A DNA stretch of 47,119 bases from Asaia bogorensis (lineage in GTDB: Bacteria > Pseudomonadota > Alphaproteobacteria > Acetobacterales > Acetobacteraceae). The notes below the pieces were generated by a model. The model searched no databases, was not told the origin of the DNA, and worked only from the letters and a program-made list of their open reading frames with translations. Shown here piece by piece: positions 35,120 to 44,944 of the stretch; the first letter of the stretch is position 1; every line of letters begins with the position of its first letter. The stretch covers positions 1 through 47,119 of the forward strand of contig CAMCEP010000001.1 of the NCBI GenBank assembly GCA_945873675.1. The letters are read 5' to 3'. The position numbers were made by a program, and so were the translations under genes.

Positions 35120-36756
35120 GCCGCTTCCTCCGGCGGGGCGATCCATCGCCTGATGACATTCAATGATTGCTCGGGGTTACTGTCCACCAATTCCTGTAAT
35201 CGATTGATCGACGAAGCCCGCATTTGGCCCTGCACCATAGAAAGGGTCACCATGCCATCCTGGTCTGCGGTTGTGCCACCGGCTACCGCAGGCAAGCCGC
35301 CACCACCGCCACCGCCGCCAGCACCAGCGAGCGCAGTAGAACCGGCCGCACCGGCCAAAGCGCCGCTTTGCGAAGGCTTTGCCAGCGTTACAAGGCGCCG
35401 CACCGCAGGCCGCCCCAAAAGAAGGATCGCCACCAGCGCAACCAGGGCAAAAAGAACGCTTTCAATGATACGCGCCACGGTGGAGGAGGTGAAGGCAATG
35501 TCAAAGAAACTGCGTTCGCCACTATCCATCGGCAAGGGCGGCTCGGCAAAACGCATAGCTACGACCTCCACCTTATCGCCCCGGCGCTCATCAAAGCCCA
35601 CCGAACTGCGCACCAGTGTTGCGATGCGGGCCAATTCCTCGGCCGAGCGTTCACGATATTGCGGTGGCGCATTGGCCTGGGCTTCCCAGACACCATCCAC
35701 CAGCACGCCAATGCTGATGCGCCGAACAATCGGCTGATCACGGGTGGTATTGCGCGTCGTGCGCCCAATCTCGAAATTGGTGGTTTCTTCCTGACGATTT
35801 TCCTGCGTGCTGCCAGGTGCATTTTCATTGCCAGGCAGATTATTCTGAACTGTGGTCGGCCCGCCTTCGCTCCCGCGGGAACTTTCCTGCACGCTTTGCT
35901 GGCTGCGCGCCACTTGATTGTCTGGATCGAAGCGTTCCTCGGTGATCTGGACACGATCAAAATCCATATCCACAGACGCTTCGGCGCGCACGCGCCCAGG
36001 CCCCAGGCTGCGTTCCAGCATTTCCTCGACCGAGCGCGCCAGGCGTAGTTCCTGACCGCGACGCATTTCTTCCTGGGACGCCGCCGCTGCGGGGCCTGAA
36101 AGGGCCTGACCGCCACGCGCCAAAAGCGCGCCACGCGAGTCAACGATAGAAACATTTTGCGGCCGCAAGCCAGGCACCGCCGTGGAAACCAAATGCAACA
36201 CCGCCTGAATCGCTTCCCTATCCAAGCGCTGTGCGCCCTGCATGGTCAGCATTACCGAAGCTTGCGCATCCGCGCGTTCACGTGAAAACGCTTCACGCCG
36301 CGGCAGCACCAAATGAACTCGCGCAGAGCGCACCCCGGACAGCGAAGCAATGCTGCGGGCCAATTCGCCTTCCATGGCGCGCACGCGATTCATGTCCTGC
36401 TGAAAAGGCGTGGTGGTCAGGCTTTCATTACGATCAAACAACTCGTAACCCACATTGCCACCCGCGGGCAGACCTTCGCGCGCCAATGACAGCCGCACCC
36501 GCCCCACCTGGTCATCCGGCACCATGATCCGCGTGCCATTACCTTCAACCCGGTACGGCACACGGGCGCGATCAAGGGCGGCGATGACCTGCCCCGCATC
36601 CCGTTGTTCCAAATCAGCGTAAAGCAAGCCCATCACGGGTTGGCTGGCACGGATGGCCAGCCAGGAAATCAAGCCAAGGACCAAAAGAGCCGTGCCAACA
36701 AGGGCACCCAAGCGCCAGATCCCCAAGCCACGCAACTGAGCGACGAAATTGCCCAT
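35116..36756 (-). CDS. fliF: flagellar MS-ring protein FliF
   Basis: [39 protein letters not shown]; two TMs (alternative TTG start 36765). Confidence 0.96.
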   Translation of the reverse strand: MGNFVAQLRGLGIWRLGALVGTALLVLGLISWLAIRASQPVMGLLYADLEQRDAGQVIAALDRARVPYRVEGNGTRIMVPDDQVGRVRLSLAREGLPAGGNVGYELFDRNESLTTTPFQQDMNRVRAMEGELARSIASLSGVRSARVHLVLPRREAFSRERADAQASVMLTMQGAQRLDREAIQAVLHLVSTAVPGLRPQNVSIVDSRGALLARGGQALSGPAAAASQEEMRRGQELRLARSVEEMLERSLGPGRVRAEASVDMDFDRVQITEERFDPDNQVARSQQSVQESSRGSEGGPTTVQNNLPGNENAPGSTQENRQEETTNFEIGRTTRNTTRDQPIVRRISIGVLVDGVWEAQANAPPQYRERSAEELARIATLVRSSVGFDERRGDKVEVVAMRFAEPPLPMDSGERSFFDIAFTSSTVARIIESVLFALVALVAILLLGRPAVRRLVTLAKPSQSGALAGAAGSTALAGAGGGGGGGGLPAVAGGTTADQDGMVTLSMVQGQMRASSINRLQELVDSNPEQSLNVIRRWIAPPEEAA

Positions 36757-36811
36757 CACCCCCAACCCTTTTCCCCAAGCATGCTACGGAACGAACTTCA
36801 CCCGGAACGAT

Positions 36812-36845
36812 CCTATATAACACGATCGGCAAAAATTTCCTCAAT
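36812..36845 (-). promoter_or_regulatory. candidate sigma70 promoter of the fliF operon overlapped by an ftr-like site
   Basis: Minus strand TTGAGG-AAATTTTTGCCGATCG-TGTTATATA; the ftr-like site AGGAA-ATTTT-TGCCG lies inside. Confidence 0.4.
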
Positions 36846-36991
36846 CGAAATAAAAGATTGGATAAAAGCGTCAAAATATTCGGTTATGTATCATTTTTGA
36901 TACATTATGATTTTTTTGTAGCCTCCCAACGCCATAAAATACAGACTTGCTCTGGCAATAAGCCGGAAAAGGACTATTCGTCCCTATCAGA

Positions 36992-37651
36992 TCATCCCCC
37001 CGAACTGACGCTGCGGAGCTTGTCAAAGCTCACCTGCAATTGGCCAAGCAATACCTTCAGGTCGCCCCCCACCCTTTCGGCGCCGGTCACCTTGCCAATG
37101 GTCGAGAAAGGTAATGTTTCAACCTTGCCGCCGGCGCCCACCCCAGTGACGCTGACCTTGTAGGCGCCATCAGGCATGGAAAGCCCCCCGGCGTCCCTGC
37201 CATTCCAGGACCAGGTTCTGGGTGCGTTGCCAAGCTGCACCGTTTCTTGGCGAATGATGCGATCGCCCGACCCCCTGATGGTAATCTGCGCCGTCTGGGA
37301 CGCGCCATTTGTTGGCAACTTCAGCGTTCCAGCACCGCCCTGTAGGCTGATCTGCTCAGCCTCCACTTCTACATTACGACCTATCAATGGCGCGCTGGCG
37401 GTCAACTGGGATGCCTGTTCCAGGGTCAGCAGACGCTGCAGGTTCTGGTTCATGGCAATTTGCTGCTCAACCGAGGCGAATTGCACCAGCTGATTGGTCA
37501 TCTGGTTGGTATCCAGCGGATCGGTCGGGCTTTGGTTCTTGATCTGCGTGGTCAGCAGCGTGAGGAAGGTATTGAAATCCCCCGCAAGCCGCGGGCTTTG
37601 TGCGGTGCTGGTGGCGGCATTGGCGGAAGCGGCAGAAATGGAAGCGGACAT
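36992..37651 (-). CDS. flgD: flagellar hook-capping protein
   Basis: FLTLLTTQIKNQSPTDP, QLVQFASVEQ, WNGRD..G..PDGAY. Confidence 0.95.
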   Translation of the reverse strand: MSASISAASANAATSTAQSPRLAGDFNTFLTLLTTQIKNQSPTDPLDTNQMTNQLVQFASVEQQIAMNQNLQRLLTLEQASQLTASAPLIGRNVEVEAEQISLQGGAGTLKLPTNGASQTAQITIRGSGDRIIRQETVQLGNAPRTWSWNGRDAGGLSMPDGAYKVSVTGVGAGGKVETLPFSTIGKVTGAERVGGDLKVLLGQLQVSFDKLRSVSSGG

Positions 37652-37665
37652 GGTGTGGGTTCCGT

Positions 37666-39252
37666 TCAGACAGCTATGTCAATGAGAGAGGTGGCGGCGC
37701 GGGTCGGGGTTGGCAGCACAGGCATGGCGCGGTCATGGTCCAAGCCGCTGATAATGCCTGGGGCGGGATGGCCCCTTTCATGGGCGGAGCCCTGTTGCTG
37801 CTGACGCCCCTGATCCGAGGCGAGGGAGAAAGACAGCGACCGCGCCATATCACCAAGCCCGGCCTGGTTCAGTGCGCGGTCTAGTTCACGCTGGTCACGC
37901 TGCAGCAAGGCCAGGGTTTCGGGCCGTTCCGCCACAATGCGTACCTGGCCGGCTTCCTTGCCTTGGCCGATACTCACTTCCACGCGGCCAAGCTCAACCG
38001 GATCAAGGGCAATCGTCAGCGCTTCATCCCCGCGGCCAAGGGCGAGAGAGACAACCACCGGGGCAAGCTGGCGCGCCGCCGGCGGCGCCGCCATGTCACG
38101 CGCGCCAGCGCTAAAAGCCGGCGCTTCGGTGCGCTGCAACACGCCATCAGCCGGCGCAAAACCATGCGGCGCCATGGCAGGGCCTTCCACGCGGCTTTCA
38201 CCCCAAGACTTGGGGCCTTCCAGACCAACCAAGCGTGCGCCCGCTTCCACTGGCTCCGCAGCCATGACGAGCTTCACTTCGGCCGCTGCTTCCGTTTTGT
38301 TGAAAGCCTGGGTGAGGAGTGTGAGCGCTTCAATAGTCTTGGCGCCCTCCGGGCCTTCACGGGGCGGCGTGAACGGGGCGGGCCTGGCCGGACCACCGGC
38401 AGCTTGCGGCTTTGCTTCCTGCGCCACCGCAGCCTGAGCAGGGCCAGCCGCCAGGGCATTCAACAGGCCCTGCTGCTGATCTGAAGGGCTTTCTGGTGTA
38501 TTGGTTGCCAACAAGGCCTGCTGCACCGCTTGGGCCGCCGGCGCAGAAGCGCGCTGCTGATCCGCGACAGTCAATGCCTGCGCCTTGGCCTGAAGCGCAA
38601 CTGCCGACAAAGCCTGCGGCATTCCCGCGCCGGATTGCGCCCCCGCAGGGGCGACTGCGTCAGGCTGAACGCCGATGTGCGCGGCTGAAACTGCGCCAGG
38701 GGCCATTCCCGGGGCAACCAGTAGGGGAGAATTGGCAGGACGATCCTGATGATGGGGCACCGATTGACCTTCAGCCAACTGAACGGCCGACATCACCGCG
38801 TCTGACAGAAGCGCTGCGGGGCCTTGCGACAAATCCGCCTGAGCGAAAGCCGTTGGCGCTGCGGTTTCCAGGGCCCACTGCGACATGCCAGCGCCTTCAG
38901 CCACAAGGGCGCCCAAAGCCGTGTCCGTTTCTGCTTGTTCGGCTTGCGGGCTGCTTGGGGTTGCAGCCTTTGCCGCATCTGCGGTTGCGCCATGCTGAGT
39001 GGTGGGATCAGAACTGGAAGCGCCTTCCCCTGGATTGGCGCCACTGCGGTCAGAGAGAACGTGATCTTGACTATCGTCGCGCCTACTTGCCGTCCGGTCG
39101 GGCGGGACCTGCTCAGCCATGGGCGGCGCTTCAATCGCTTCCCGCAGCCGGCCATGAAATCCGTCCCCCTCCCTGGACGCGGGACGCGCTGACAGCACCG
39201 GCGCTTGGTTCGCGGCAGGCTTGTGTGGCGGGGCAAAAGCTAATTCCAGCAT
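37666..39252 (-). CDS. fliK: flagellar hook-length control protein
   Basis: Long low-complexity A/P/Q N-region; C-terminal LDPVELGRVEV...AERPETLALLQRD..L.RAL. Confidence 0.88.
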   Translation of the reverse strand: MLELAFAPPHKPAANQAPVLSARPASREGDGFHGRLREAIEAPPMAEQVPPDRTASRRDDSQDHVLSDRSGANPGEGASSSDPTTQHGATADAAKAATPSSPQAEQAETDTALGALVAEGAGMSQWALETAAPTAFAQADLSQGPAALLSDAVMSAVQLAEGQSVPHHQDRPANSPLLVAPGMAPGAVSAAHIGVQPDAVAPAGAQSGAGMPQALSAVALQAKAQALTVADQQRASAPAAQAVQQALLATNTPESPSDQQQGLLNALAAGPAQAAVAQEAKPQAAGGPARPAPFTPPREGPEGAKTIEALTLLTQAFNKTEAAAEVKLVMAAEPVEAGARLVGLEGPKSWGESRVEGPAMAPHGFAPADGVLQRTEAPAFSAGARDMAAPPAARQLAPVVVSLALGRGDEALTIALDPVELGRVEVSIGQGKEAGQVRIVAERPETLALLQRDQRELDRALNQAGLGDMARSLSFSLASDQGRQQQQGSAHERGHPAPGIISGLDHDRAMPVLPTPTRAATSLIDIAV

Positions 39253-39350
39253 AAAAACTTCCAGTCAAACCGTTCTGGCCCGCGTCCTGTAACCACCGGG
39301 ATAAGCTTCCCCCGACAGCAAATAGGCTGGACGCAAGCGAAAGCATCTCA

Positions 39351-39366
39351 GCAAGTGATGGGCCAA
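39351..39366 (-). promoter_or_regulatory. sigma54 promoter of fliK-flgD
   Basis: Minus strand TTGGCCCATCACTTGC: GG-N10-GC with TTGC. Confidence 0.75.
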
Positions 39367-39384
39367 AGAATGCCGCCCGAGATA

Positions 39385-39420
39385 CGGCAGGAATTGCCGC
39401 TCCCTGCGCAAGACTTGCCC
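39385..39420. promoter_or_regulatory. ftr-like FlbD enhancer pair between divergent sigma54 promoters
   Basis: CGGCA-GGAAT-TGCCG (39385-39399) and GCGCA-AGACT-TGCCC (39406-39420). Confidence 0.6.
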
Positions 39421-39471
39421 CATCAGGGAGGATTCAGCCCATTATTTCTGACCCAGTTCGGCATTTTCCGC

Positions 39472-39486
39472 TGGCATGGCGCTTGC
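39472..39486 (+). promoter_or_regulatory. sigma54 promoter of flgEKL
   Basis: TGGCATGGCGCTTGC matches TGGCAY-N5-TTGC. Confidence 0.85.
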
Positions 39487-39535
39487 CTCATCTCCAAGCC
39501 ATCAGGATTTTTCCCTCACGGCAGGAGAGCCCGCC

Positions 39536-41017
39536 ATGTCGCTTTATAGTTCAATGAACACCGCGCTGAGCGGCATGAGCGCCCAGTCGCGCGCGTTGGG
39601 GCATGTTTCCGACAACATCGCCAATTCTCAGACCGTTGGCTTCAAGCGGACCGACACCAGTTTCGTATCCTACATTTCTGAGAGCAATGCCGAAGTGCAT
39701 AGGCCTGGCACTGTCCTGGCGCGGCCCGACTTCACCAACCAAGTGCAGGGCACGATCGAGCAGGTGGAAAACCCGCTGGCGATGGCGATTTCTGGCCAAG
39801 GGTTTTTTTCCGCTGCCTTGCCGGTCAGCACGGGCGCCGATGGAACTAGAATTTTTGACGCGCGGAATTTTTACACACGCGCCGGCGATTTCAACCGCGA
39901 CAGCGAAGGCTATATGGTCAACGGCTCTGGCTATGTGTTGCAGGGCTGGCCGGTGACTGATGGCGTGGTGGACAAGACGCAGCTTGTGCCCATTCAGGTG
40001 CAGGAAGATGCCTTCACGCCGACACCGACGCAGGAGCTTAATTTCACTGGCAATCTTTCTGCGGGTAGTACAACTGACCAAAGCACGTCAATTCAGGTGA
40101 TTGATTCGCTGGGCAATTCCCGCGCGCTGACGCTGACCTTTGCGCCGACTGCCGCAACCAATGATAACACCTGGACACTGTCGATTAATGCGCCGGCAGC
40201 CACAACGCCGGCTCTCGGCACAATAAAGGTTGCTTTCGGGGAAGACCCGGTGGATTGGGCGCCTAGCAAAGCCTATGTCGTCGGCGATACCATTAGTTCA
40301 GACAATAAGGTTTACCGCGCCACGGTGGCAGGTACGTCTGCACCTACTGGCACGGGTCCAGCCACGACTACGCCCGCTGCCGACGGCGGCGTAACATGGG
40401 TATATGAGAGAGCCGCCCCTCCTTCCCAACCGGACGGTACCTTGGCTGAGTTTTTTGGGGGCACTGGCACCCTCACCGGGACTACCTCAACGACTGGATC
40501 GCCAGCAACGGTCACCTTCCAGGCTGACTTTGGCCAGGGGCTTCAGACTATGGCGCTCAACCTGGGCAGCTTTGGTGTCTCCGGCGGGCTTACGCAATTC
40601 GCCGCGACCACCGGCAGCGGCCTTAGTGTCAACAGCTTCGAACAGGACGGTATCCCAATTGGGGCATTTTCTTCTGTCTCCACGCAGAAGAATGGCGATG
40701 TGCGGATCAATTACGACAATGGCCAATCCCGTGTTGTGGCCCGGGTGCCGGTGACAGTGTTCAAGGATCCGGACAAGCTGGAACACCTGGATGGCCAGGC
40801 CTTTCTGCGCACCACCGAAAGTGGCGAAGCGGGCGTTGTCGAAGCCGGTGAAGACGGTGCAGGGCTTTTGTCCACGCGCGCCATTGAGCGTTCGAATGTC
40901 GATATCGCCACCGAGTTTTCCAAGTTGATTCTGGCGCAGCGCGCTTATTCGGCGAATACCAAGATCGTCACCACTGTAGATGAACTTCTGCAGGAAACGC
41001 TGAACATGCGGCGCTAA
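39536..41017 (+). CDS. flgE: flagellar hook protein FlgE with internal inserted module
   Basis: AGGAG RBS; SDNIANSQTVGFK, YTRAGDF, LQGWP, ERSNVDIATEF, AQRAYSAN. Confidence 0.95.
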   Translation: MSLYSSMNTALSGMSAQSRALGHVSDNIANSQTVGFKRTDTSFVSYISESNAEVHRPGTVLARPDFTNQVQGTIEQVENPLAMAISGQGFFSAALPVSTGADGTRIFDARNFYTRAGDFNRDSEGYMVNGSGYVLQGWPVTDGVVDKTQLVPIQVQEDAFTPTPTQELNFTGNLSAGSTTDQSTSIQVIDSLGNSRALTLTFAPTAATNDNTWTLSINAPAATTPALGTIKVAFGEDPVDWAPSKAYVVGDTISSDNKVYRATVAGTSAPTGTGPATTTPAADGGVTWVYERAAPPSQPDGTLAEFFGGTGTLTGTTSTTGSPATVTFQADFGQGLQTMALNLGSFGVSGGLTQFAATTGSGLSVNSFEQDGIPIGAFSSVSTQKNGDVRINYDNGQSRVVARVPVTVFKDPDKLEHLDGQAFLRTTESGEAGVVEAGEDGAGLLSTRAIERSNVDIATEFSKLILAQRAYSANTKIVTTVDELLQETLNMRR

Positions 41018-41051
41018 AGCTGCGTGACGGATCACTGATTGGCACTGAAAA

Positions 41052-42575
41052 ATGAGCATTGACGCCGCCCTGCTGATCGCTCGATCGGGACTGCTGAATA
41101 CACAGCGGGCCCTTTCGAATGCGGCCGACAATGTGGCGAATGCCGAGACCGAAGGCTATACCCGAAAACGTATCGTCACCGAGGCTGTTTCTGTTGGCGG
41201 GCAGGGGCAGGGCGTGCGCAGCCTTGGGCCAATGCGCGAGGTTGATGCGGCCCTGGTCAATGAAATGGGTAAGCGCAAATCTGAGCTGGCAGCCGCGGAA
41301 TTACGCGATGCGACGCTGGCGCGCATCAATGAAGCGCATGGTGATCCTGCAAAAAGCGATGGTCTTGGTGATCTGGTCGCGAAGCTGCGTTCCGCCTTTA
41401 TTGATCTGCGTTCGGATCCATCCCAAGTGGTCAAGCAGCAAGCCGTTGTTCTGAATTCGGCCCAAACCCTCACAGATCGTTGCAATAGCCTGGATCAAAC
41501 CATCCAAGAAGCGCGTCAGTCTGCGCATGATGGCATTGTAACAGAAATCGGGCAGATCAATGCCACGCTGCGGGAGATAGCCGGCCTGGACCGCAGCATT
41601 ATTGAAAGAATAGGTTCTGGCATACCTGCCGCGGATCTAGAGGATAAGCGCGACCTGGCGCTGGATCGCCTAAGCGAATCCCTGGGCTTCAAAGCCGTGC
41701 GGCAGGGAAATGGTGGCGTCCTTCTGCTGGGTAGCGGCGGCGTGACCATTACGCAAGGCGAGAATGGCGACGCTTTCGCCGTAGCGCATGCCTTGATGTC
41801 GCCTGAGGCCTATTATGGCGGCATCGGTCTGATTCCGCCGATCATGATGGGCGGGGTTGACGTGACCACCATGATGAAGGGCGGACGCTTGGGTGAATAC
41901 CTCAAGCTGCGTGATCAGACGCTGCCGCGCTATCAGGCGGAATTGGATATCTGTGCGGCGGAAATCGCCGATCGCTTTCGTGCGGAGGGGCTGAAGCTAT
42001 TCACCGATGGGACCGGGACGGTCCCTAATCCCGATGTTGCCTATTCGGGCAGCAACATGATCGGCTTTGCAGGCAAGATCAGCATCAACCCCGCCGTTCG
42101 TTCAGAGATACGCCTGATCAGGGACGGCACAGAAACAATACCGGGAACGCCGGGATTTACGCCCAACGATCCAGCGACTGGGCCTGCTGGCTTCACGCTG
42201 CTGATTGATCGGATACTGGAATACAGTTTTGGCGATAAGAAATCGAATGGCGAGAGTTGGGATGGCTTTGCGACAACCGGGCTTGGACCTGACGGGTCCC
42301 TTTCAAGCCCCTTCGGCGCGCCCCGGGCCATCGAGGAATTCGCCGCTCTGCTCACTTCTTTCCAAACATCCGACAGCGCTGCGGCAGGTGCCGCCGTCAC
42401 AACCGCCAAGGCGCTGAGCGATGGGCTTGAGGCACGCTTCACGCGCCAATCACGCGTTGATGTGGATGGTGAAATGGCATCCCTGGTGCAATTGCAGAAT
42501 GCCTATGCCGCGAATGCACGCGTGCTGAGCACAGCACAGACCATGTGGGACACTCTTTTCGGATCGGTACGATAA
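41052..42575 (+). CDS. flgK: hook-associated protein 1
   Basis: DNVANAETEGYTRK, LEDKRD, GGRLG..L.LRD, VDVDGEM..L..LQNAYAANARV. Confidence 0.93.
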   Translation: MSIDAALLIARSGLLNTQRALSNAADNVANAETEGYTRKRIVTEAVSVGGQGQGVRSLGPMREVDAALVNEMGKRKSELAAAELRDATLARINEAHGDPAKSDGLGDLVAKLRSAFIDLRSDPSQVVKQQAVVLNSAQTLTDRCNSLDQTIQEARQSAHDGIVTEIGQINATLREIAGLDRSIIERIGSGIPAADLEDKRDLALDRLSESLGFKAVRQGNGGVLLLGSGGVTITQGENGDAFAVAHALMSPEAYYGGIGLIPPIMMGGVDVTTMMKGGRLGEYLKLRDQTLPRYQAELDICAAEIADRFRAEGLKLFTDGTGTVPNPDVAYSGSNMIGFAGKISINPAVRSEIRLIRDGTETIPGTPGFTPNDPATGPAGFTLLIDRILEYSFGDKKSNGESWDGFATTGLGPDGSLSSPFGAPRAIEEFAALLTSFQTSDSAAAGAAVTTAKALSDGLEARFTRQSRVDVDGEMASLVQLQNAYAANARVLSTAQTMWDTLFGSVR

Positions 42576-42578
42576 GCC

Positions 42579-43640
42579 ATGAATGGTATCAACCTGACCG
42601 GGCGAATTGACCTGAACGCAACTATGCTGCGGGAGCGCATTTCGGACCTTGGGGAGCGGATTTCCACGGGTCGGAAGGGAAATTCTTACGCGGCGCTCAA
42701 AACGGACGCACCCAAGAGCATAGATTTGCGCGCCGAAATCACGCGCCGGGAAGCGTATCAGAATACGATTACCCAGCGACTTGGCAAAGTTAGAATCACG
42801 CAGAATGTATTGGATCGCATCGGCGCCATAGCAGAGAAGTTTTCCGCAAACTCTTTGAAGCTGATGGGTGCCACGAAGCCAGAGGAAGTACAGATCCAGG
42901 CCGGCCAAGCCAAGGCTGCGCTGGTTGAAGTGGCCAATCTGCTAAATGAACAATATGTTGGTGAGTATTTGTTTGCAGGGTCGAGCACGCGTCAGCCACC
43001 AATCCCAAATCCAGACGCCATTCTCACAAGTGGGATGGTCGAAGGCATCGGGGACCAGGTCGCGTTGCTCGGTCCAACCAATGCAGCTACCGTTCTTGGC
43101 CAGACGAAGGCCTTGGCGCAGTCTAATGCCACCGGAACAACGCCATTTTCCGAGTTTCTTTCGACTGGCGCCGGCTTCGATGAAGGGCGCCGAAACGTGC
43201 TTGGCAGCGACAATGAGCGCATAGAATACGGCCTATTCGCCAATCGCAACGCCGCGAGCGTTAGCACCGGTGAAACAACCGAGTCTTGGGCGCGTGATTT
43301 GCTGCGCGGTCTTGCCAGCATCGCGGGTCTTACCCCGGACAAGACCCAGCTCGGTGAAAGTTACAACACCTTTATTACAACAGTGCAGCAGGGGCTCAGG
43401 TCCAGTGTCAATGCCCTGGCCTTGGAACGCGGCGCGCTAGGCATAACCGAAGCGCGGATGGAAAGCGTAAAAACTTTGCATGAAAGCGTCACCAATAGCC
43501 TGACCTTGCAGGTGAGCGAAATTGAGGATGTTGATATGGCAAAGACCATCACGTCCTTCCAGGCGACGCAGACTCAACTTGAAGCTTCCTATCGCGCCCT
43601 GGCAATCTCGCAGCAATTGAGCCTGACGCGCTTCCTCTGA
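42579..43640 (+). CDS. flgL: hook-associated protein 3 (flagellin-like fold)
   Basis: ISTGRK, GEYLFAG, IEDVDMA, QLEASY...LSLTRFL; follows flgK. Confidence 0.88.
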   Translation: MNGINLTGRIDLNATMLRERISDLGERISTGRKGNSYAALKTDAPKSIDLRAEITRREAYQNTITQRLGKVRITQNVLDRIGAIAEKFSANSLKLMGATKPEEVQIQAGQAKAALVEVANLLNEQYVGEYLFAGSSTRQPPIPNPDAILTSGMVEGIGDQVALLGPTNAATVLGQTKALAQSNATGTTPFSEFLSTGAGFDEGRRNVLGSDNERIEYGLFANRNAASVSTGETTESWARDLLRGLASIAGLTPDKTQLGESYNTFITTVQQGLRSSVNALALERGALGITEARMESVKTLHESVTNSLTLQVSEIEDVDMAKTITSFQATQTQLEASYRALAISQQLSLTRFL

Positions 43641-44069
43641 TAGGGGGTCGCTGGTCGGCGCGCCGCTGAAAGCTGGAAGCCGCGCTTTTGGCCCCTGACG
43701 ATCAATTGCGGGCGTTTCAATGACGAAAATCGTAACGGGAGTGGGGCGAGATCTTCATGCTTTTTCGCCGTTTCGGCGAAAATCTGCCACCGCCACCACA
43801 ACCACCCGATGATGAACATGAGCGAAAAATTATCTTTTCCTTGATGTCATCCGATCAGCTGAAATTTTTTCCTTTCAAAATCATTGATTTCTTCATTCAT
43901 CAAGATATTAAACCCTTAATTCAGAAAAAACCTCGGTATTTACTCATTTCTTCAATGATGATTCAGCCCTTTCCGACATCATGCCCTCATTCGCAAGAAG
44001 CGGATGAAACCAGACCTTCCCGCCACCTTGATCGGGGCGACGGTCATGATTTGGAAGGGGAATACCCCA

Positions 44070-44891
44070 ATGGCTATGAATTCCGTAAACACCAATCTCG
44101 GCTCAATGGTTGCGCTGCAGTCACTGAACCGTACCACTGAACAGCTTTCGGTTGTCCAGAAGCGCGTCTCCACGGGTCTTCGTGTTGCCGATGCCAAGGA
44201 TGATGGCGGCGCCTTCGCTGTTACCCAGGCGGTCCGTTCCGATGTTGCCGGCCTGACCGCGGCGAATGAGCAGTTGGGCGGCACCAAGGGCGTTCTGGAC
44301 ACCACCTTCGCCGCACTCGGCAAAATCTCCGAAAGTATGGTGAAAGTGCGTGAAACGCTGACCCGTATGGCGGATGGTACGCTGAATACGGAACAGTTTG
44401 ACCAATATTCGGCGCAATACACCGCGCTCCGCACCCAGATCCAGAACTTTGTCTCCGACGCCACGTATAATGGCCGGACCTTGCTGGATACGGCTGACGG
44501 TAATATTGTGACGACCCGCAACGAATCTGGCGATACCTTCACTGTCACGGCGATTGATGGGGCGACGGATCTTGTGGTGGCTGCAGCGCCGGCAACCGTC
44601 ACCGCGGCGCAGACCGCCTTGGCGGCAGGTGGTGACTTTGAAACCGTGGAATCCGCCATTGCCGATGCGTTGAACCAGTTCGGTTCTGACAGCAATTATA
44701 TTGACGCGCAGGTCCGTTACAACAAGGACAAGGTTGACGCGATTGAAGGTGGGCTTGGCGCCTTGATTGACGCCGATCTTGCCAAGGAAAGCGCCAAATT
44801 GCAGTCGCTGCAGATCAGGCAGCAGCTGGGCACGCAGGCACTTTCCATCTCCAATCAGGCCCCGCAGACCTTGCTGAGCCTGTTCCGATAA
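44070..44891 (+). CDS. flagellin (short, Caulobacter Flj-type)
   Basis: NSVNTNLGSMVALQSL, STGLRV..AKDDG, DADLAKESAKLQSLQIRQQLG.QALSI.NQAPQ.LLSLFR. Confidence 0.97.
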   Translation: MAMNSVNTNLGSMVALQSLNRTTEQLSVVQKRVSTGLRVADAKDDGGAFAVTQAVRSDVAGLTAANEQLGGTKGVLDTTFAALGKISESMVKVRETLTRMADGTLNTEQFDQYSAQYTALRTQIQNFVSDATYNGRTLLDTADGNIVTTRNESGDTFTVTAIDGATDLVVAAAPATVTAAQTALAAGGDFETVESAIADALNQFGSDSNYIDAQVRYNKDKVDAIEGGLGALIDADLAKESAKLQSLQIRQQLGTQALSISNQAPQTLLSLFR

Positions 44892-44897
44892 TCGTTT

Positions 44898-44931
44898 AGG
44901 CGGTCTCGCTTCTTGCGGGGCCGCCTTTCTT
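44898..44931 (+). terminator. intrinsic terminator after flagellin
   Basis: AGGCGGTCTCGC-TTCTT-GCGGGGCCGCCT followed by TTCTT. Confidence 0.7.
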
Positions 44932-44944
44932 GCGGGAGACAAAA

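Noticed and set aside
35295-35325. Poly-Gly run in the FliF C-terminal linker
   Set aside because: Mixed codons; ordinary low-complexity linker
33701-35737. 678-aa plus-strand ORF and many other long antisense ORFs
   Set aside because: Shadows of fliH/fliG/fliF and other real genes in GC-rich DNA; no recognisable motifs
42579-43640. Second flagellin
   Set aside because: Position after flgK and the YLFAG / LSL..FL motifs indicate FlgL
43757-44140. 127-aa ORF upstream of flagellin
   Set aside because: Atypical composition, overlaps flagellin out of frame; more likely regulatory DNA
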